A DNA stretch of 52,147 bases. Source: Alphaproteobacteria bacterium (GTDB lineage Bacteria > Pseudomonadota > Alphaproteobacteria > UBA8366 > GCA-2717185). Below the pieces are notes generated by a model. It ran no database searches. It was given only the letters and a program-made list of their open reading frames with translations, and had not been told where the DNA came from. Made by a program: the position numbers and the translations under genes. Below are positions 48,524-52,147 of this stretch, piece after piece (positions within the stretch are counted from its first letter, which is position 1; the number at the start of each line of letters is the position of its first letter). The stretch covers positions 1 to 52,147 of the forward strand of contig JAJFJC010000002.1 of NCBI GenBank assembly GCA_021774385.1. Reading direction: 5' to 3'.

Positions 48524-49165
48524 TTACCTCGAAACGGCGGCGTTTCGTCTGCGGCGAAAGGCGAAAAAACCGCCGAGCGCGACGCCAAGGAGGGAGAAGG
48601 TTTCGGGTTCCGGTACGGGCTTGAAATCAGCCCGACGCACGAATTTTCCGGGCACTTCGGTAAAGTCGAAAGCAAAGGACGGCCCGTTGTCTTGACGTCG
48701 ATTAATTGCGTAGTCGCGAATATTTCCGTTTAAGTCCAACTCACCATTGCCTTCCCGGAAGCGGATTAAGCCAGGCGCCGGACTAAAATTACCGACGAAC
48801 AGCAATGTATCGGCGCCCGCATCCTCAAGTCCTTTGACCTCCGTCGCATCAGCGTTAAACGTCACCTTGAAATTGCCCCTATCGATTACCCAATCAGCGA
48901 GTCCAATCGTAAAGCCATCGCCGATCGTGCTGGTGAAGGACAAGCTGTCGAGACCGATATCGGCGCCGGTAAACGTGTTGTTGGGCGTGACAACGAAGTC
49001 CTTGAATCCGAATGTCAGGTTTAGACCGGGCTCGGTGGCGCAGTTCCCATCGCTGTTCTGAGCGGTACATTTCCAATCGAAGAATATAGTGGCATTTGCC
49101 GGGCTTATAACGATCACGGTGGCAAATGCCGCCGACAAAAAAGTGGTAAAAAATCCAACGTGCAT
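48524..49165 (-). CDS. PEP-CTERM sorting domain surface protein
   Basis: Signal peptide ending in ANA; C-terminal VPEP, hydrophobic helix and RRRR. Confidence 0.88.
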   Translation of the reverse strand: MHVGFFTTFLSAAFATVIVISPANATIFFDWKCTAQNSDGNCATEPGLNLTFGFKDFVVTPNNTFTGADIGLDSLSFTSTIGDGFTIGLADWVIDRGNFKVTFNADATEVKGLEDAGADTLLFVGNFSPAPGLIRFREGNGELDLNGNIRDYAINRRQDNGPSFAFDFTEVPGKFVRRADFKPVPEPETFSLLGVALGGFFAFRRRRNAAVSR

Positions 49166-49379
49166 ATTTACCCCTCATTCAATCCGGTTTGCGTAAGAAG
49201 AGACGAAGGCAAGTAAACTCACGATAAAGTAGTGGAATATCCAAAGGAGAACATTGATGCAGATCAGCGAATTTAAAATTGCATTTATGCGATCCGCATC
49301 GAACTTTCCTAAACGGCCCTTATTCGGATAAAATCAGCGCTGTATCTTCCAATTTTTTACAAAGCCACCTCTGGATCGT

Positions 49380-50204
49380 ATGACACGCCTTACTCTCACA
49401 CCGCTACACCCCTTGATCGGTGCCGAAGTCGCCGGACTTGATCTGCACAAACCGGTAGATGCCGAAACGAATGCAGAATTAAGTGCGGCCCTTTCGGAAC
49501 ATTTAGCCTTGGTGGTCCGTGACCAACATTTTACTCCGCCAGAGTATCTCGTCGCGGCGAGCGTCTTCGGTCCGGTCATGCGTCAGCATTATTCGCAGTA
49601 CAACATGCCGGACCATCCGGATATCGGCGTCATCCGGCACCGCGACGGACAGGAACCCGCTTCGATGTGGCATACCGACCACACCAACCGGGAACGGCCC
49701 CCGAAAGCGACAATGCTCCATGGCCTGAAAGTCGCGCGCGGCGGCGACACCAGTATCGCCAGCATGCGCGCCGCTTATGCCGCCTTGCCGGAAGCGGAAC
49801 GCCAGTATCTCGCAACATTGCGCACGCGCAATGGGATCGACGATCATCGCACCGACGTCAGGTCGGAGGATCGCGAGAAATACGATGTTCCTGTATACCA
49901 TCCCATGGTCCGCACCCATCCGGAGCACGGGTCGAACGCGGTCTACTTCCACATTACTAAGGCGCACTGCATCGAGGGGATGACTCCAGAAGACAGCAAG
50001 ACCTATATGACCGACTTGCTGGTCCGGATGATCCGGCCCGAAATAACCTACCAGCATGAATGGCGCAAGGGCGACCTGTTGATCTTCGATAACCGGGCGA
50101 CAATGCACCGTGCTCACGGCGATTACGACCGCAGCCAAGACCGCGAGCTATGGCGGTTGATTGTCGAGGGCGATCGGCCGCGTCTTGATTTAACGGCGGC
50201 GTAA
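49380..50204 (+). CDS. TauD/TfdA family 2-oxoglutarate dioxygenase
   Basis: IGAEV.GLDL, WHTD facial triad, GGDT, HPMVRTHP and W..GDL.IFDNR..MH. Confidence 0.92.
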   Translation: MTRLTLTPLHPLIGAEVAGLDLHKPVDAETNAELSAALSEHLALVVRDQHFTPPEYLVAASVFGPVMRQHYSQYNMPDHPDIGVIRHRDGQEPASMWHTDHTNRERPPKATMLHGLKVARGGDTSIASMRAAYAALPEAERQYLATLRTRNGIDDHRTDVRSEDREKYDVPVYHPMVRTHPEHGSNAVYFHITKAHCIEGMTPEDSKTYMTDLLVRMIRPEITYQHEWRKGDLLIFDNRATMHRAHGDYDRSQDRELWRLIVEGDRPRLDLTAA

Positions 50205-50221
50205 GAGAAAGACCGATCATC

Positions 50222-51202
50222 ATGAACTCCGCCGACATCTTGGCCGCCTGTCTGACCGACGCCGAATTTCCCGAACTACCTAATTTTCAACGCGGCAAGG
50301 TTCGCGATTCCTATGATCTGCCGAACGAGCAGCGAGTCATGATCGCGACCGACCGGCAGTCCGCCTTCGACCTCGTCTTGGCGGCGGTGCCGTACAAGGG
50401 TCAGGTGCTAAACCAAACCGCGCGGTTCTGGTTCGAAAAAACCGCCGACCTTTGCCCCAATCATGTTCTCGACTATCCGGACCCGAATGTCATCGTCGGC
50501 CGCAGGCTGACCATGCTGCCGGTGGAGATGGTCGTCCGGTCCTATATGACGGGCTCGACGAGCACGAGCATCTGGCCGATGTACGAGCGCGGCGAGCGCT
50601 CGCTATACGGACACGCGTTTCCCGATGGGCTGGTCAAGAGCCAGAAACTACCGGAAACGATTATCACCCCGACGACGAAGGCGGCAGCCGACGCCCATGA
50701 CGAACCCACGACGGCGCAGGCTCTGGTCACAAGCGGTGCGATCACCCAAGCGCAGTGGGACGAACTTGCGGATACCAGCTTCGCGCTCTTCAAACGCGGT
50801 CAGGAAATCGCCGCCGACAACGGTCTGATTCTCGTCGATACAAAATATGAATTCGGCGTCGATGAAGCCGGTACTATCACTCTCGCCGATGAAGTTCACA
50901 CGCCCGATTCGAGCCGCTTTTGGGTCGCCGAGAGCTACGAGGGGCGGCTCGCGGAAGGCGCGGAACCGGAGAACTTGGACAAGGAGTTTCTGCGGCTTTG
51001 GATCAATGAGCGCTGCGACCCCTACAAGGATCCCCTGCCGAACATTCCGCCGGAAACCCTGTTCGATTTCAGCGACAAGTATATCCGTCTCTACGAACAG
51101 GTCACCGGCCAAGCCTTCGTCAAACCGACACCTGGTCAATCGGTCCGAGCCCGGGTGGAAGCCAATCTACGCCGCGCCTTCCCGGAATACTTCACCGGAT
51201 AA
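50222..51202 (+). CDS. purC: SAICAR synthase, long form
   Basis: RGKVRD.Y, TDRQSAFD, KGQVLN, TPTTK, LVDTKYEFG, DEVHTPDSSR and DKEF.R.W. Confidence 0.92.
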   Translation: MNSADILAACLTDAEFPELPNFQRGKVRDSYDLPNEQRVMIATDRQSAFDLVLAAVPYKGQVLNQTARFWFEKTADLCPNHVLDYPDPNVIVGRRLTMLPVEMVVRSYMTGSTSTSIWPMYERGERSLYGHAFPDGLVKSQKLPETIITPTTKAAADAHDEPTTAQALVTSGAITQAQWDELADTSFALFKRGQEIAADNGLILVDTKYEFGVDEAGTITLADEVHTPDSSRFWVAESYEGRLAEGAEPENLDKEFLRLWINERCDPYKDPLPNIPPETLFDFSDKYIRLYEQVTGQAFVKPTPGQSVRARVEANLRRAFPEYFTG

Positions 51203-51270
51203 GTCGCCCCGTCCAGGATACCGTCGTAACGCAATAGTATATCTTTAACTTTTTGTGTTAGACGGGGGTC

Positions 51271-51903
51271 ATGAGTGGCCATTGCCATCATCACGATGCT
51301 CCAACCACGGCGCGGCTTCGGCGTATCCTGATCGTCGTGCTGATCATTAATGCCGTGATGTTTGCGGTTGAAATTTTTGCCGGCCTCGCGGCGAATTCGG
51401 TTGCCTTGCAGGCCGATGCACTCGACTTCCTGGGCGACGCGGCAACCTACGCCATAACCTTGTTCGTACTCACGATGCCGATCCGCTGGCGCGCGGGTGC
51501 AGCCTTGCTCAAAGGTATTTCGATGGGATTGTTCGGCGTGTTTGTCCTCGCGGCGGCGGCCTGGCAATCGATCAACGGGACGTTGCCCGGTTTCGAAATC
51601 ATGGGCTCGGTCGGTTTCGCGGCGCTGATCGCCAATGTCGTTTGCGCCTTGCTCCTGATCGGCTTCCGAGAAGGCGACAGTAATATGCGTTCGGTCTGGC
51701 TATGCAGCCGCAATGACGCCATCGGCAATGTCGCGGTGATGATCGCGGCGGCCAGTGTCTTCGCAACCCAAACCGGATGGCCGGACATTATCGTCGCGGC
51801 CATCATGGCGGGTTTGGCGCTGACATCGTCCTGGCAAGTCGTGCGCCACGCGCTCGACGAGCTGCGCAGCAGCCGTCTTGAGACGGTCAGCCGAGGCGCG
51901 TGA
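51271..51903 (+). CDS. Cation diffusion facilitator-like transporter lacking the cytoplasmic C-terminal domain
   Basis: His-rich N-terminus (GHCHHH), ADALDFLGD, NMRSVWLCSRND and WPD; about 6 TMs. Confidence 0.85.
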   Translation: MSGHCHHHDAPTTARLRRILIVVLIINAVMFAVEIFAGLAANSVALQADALDFLGDAATYAITLFVLTMPIRWRAGAALLKGISMGLFGVFVLAAAAWQSINGTLPGFEIMGSVGFAALIANVVCALLLIGFREGDSNMRSVWLCSRNDAIGNVAVMIAAASVFATQTGWPDIIVAAIMAGLALTSSWQVVRHALDELRSSRLETVSRGA

Positions 51904-52147
51904 GGCAAGCCGACGCGGCGGCGTCGAGAATCGAATCTTCGTCAATTCCAACGGTACGATACAAATCGTCGATATCCGCCGACTGACCGAACCGGTCGAC
52001 GCCGAGCGCCGTCACCTTCTGCGTTCCGACGGCGCCGAGCCACGACAAGGTCGTCGGGTGCCCATCAATCACGGTGATAAGCACTGCGTCGGGCGCCAGT
52101 TGCCCCAACATCATTTCGATCTGCGCCCGCGCTGCGCGGTCGCCCCC
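51887..52147 (-). CDS. Transketolase/2-oxoacid dehydrogenase E1-like protein, C-terminal fragment
   Basis: TVIDGHP.TLSWLG and LGVDRFGQS...DLYR..GID; the frame runs off the window end. Confidence 0.8.
   Translation of the reverse strand, partial: GGDRAARAQIEMMLGQLAPDAVLITVIDGHPTTLSWLGAVGTQKVTALGVDRFGQSADIDDLYRTVGIDEDSILDAAASACLTRLG

Noticed and set aside
47668-48675. 335-aa antisense ORF over the SDR gene, and similar long shadow ORFs (5472-6209, 11666-12286, 15081-15926, 49503-50138)
   Set aside because: Alternative-frame or antisense shadows of well-supported genes in GC-rich DNA, with no motifs.
49166-49379. Sigma54 promoter for the PEP-CTERM gene
   Set aside because: A TTGC is present on the minus strand, but the -24 GG is not at the required spacing.
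51203-51270. MerR-type operator ahead of the cation transporter
   Set aside because: No convincing dyad and no merR gene adjacent.

Overview
This is a gene-dense, mostly core-genome segment of an alphaproteobacterium, probably Rhodospirillales-like and marine. The class assignment rests on a two-piece permuted tmRNA beside thyA and sspB, uvrC-pgsA-mobB-moeA-moaD-moaE synteny and the ilvE/marR-ompR-envZ block; a class GN-type sortase suggests a marine habitat. About 51 CDSs cover nucleotide excision repair (uvrB, uvrC), Moco synthesis, folA-thyA, a class I fumarase, ettA, mlaA-mlaC, a sahR-metF-metH operon and several transporters. The right end looks accessory (Dyp peroxidase, PEP-CTERM protein, TauD dioxygenase, long-form PurC). 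I saw no rRNA, tRNA, CRISPR array, integrase or transposase. Four features stand out: (1) an orphan CheW fused through a ~100-aa linker to an intact group I truncated haemoglobin, with a CtrA-like box upstream; (2) a DARS-like three-DnaA-box core with an IHF-like site upstream of uvrC; (3) a sodium:solute symporter locus with small membrane and TPR partners, facing a CBS-DUF294 nucleotidyltransferase and a membrane-anchored PAS-like/DEDDh exonuclease across a spacer with PhaR-like boxes; (4) ssrA-like degron tails on SahR and MetF. All calls come from reading motifs by eye; no searches were run.
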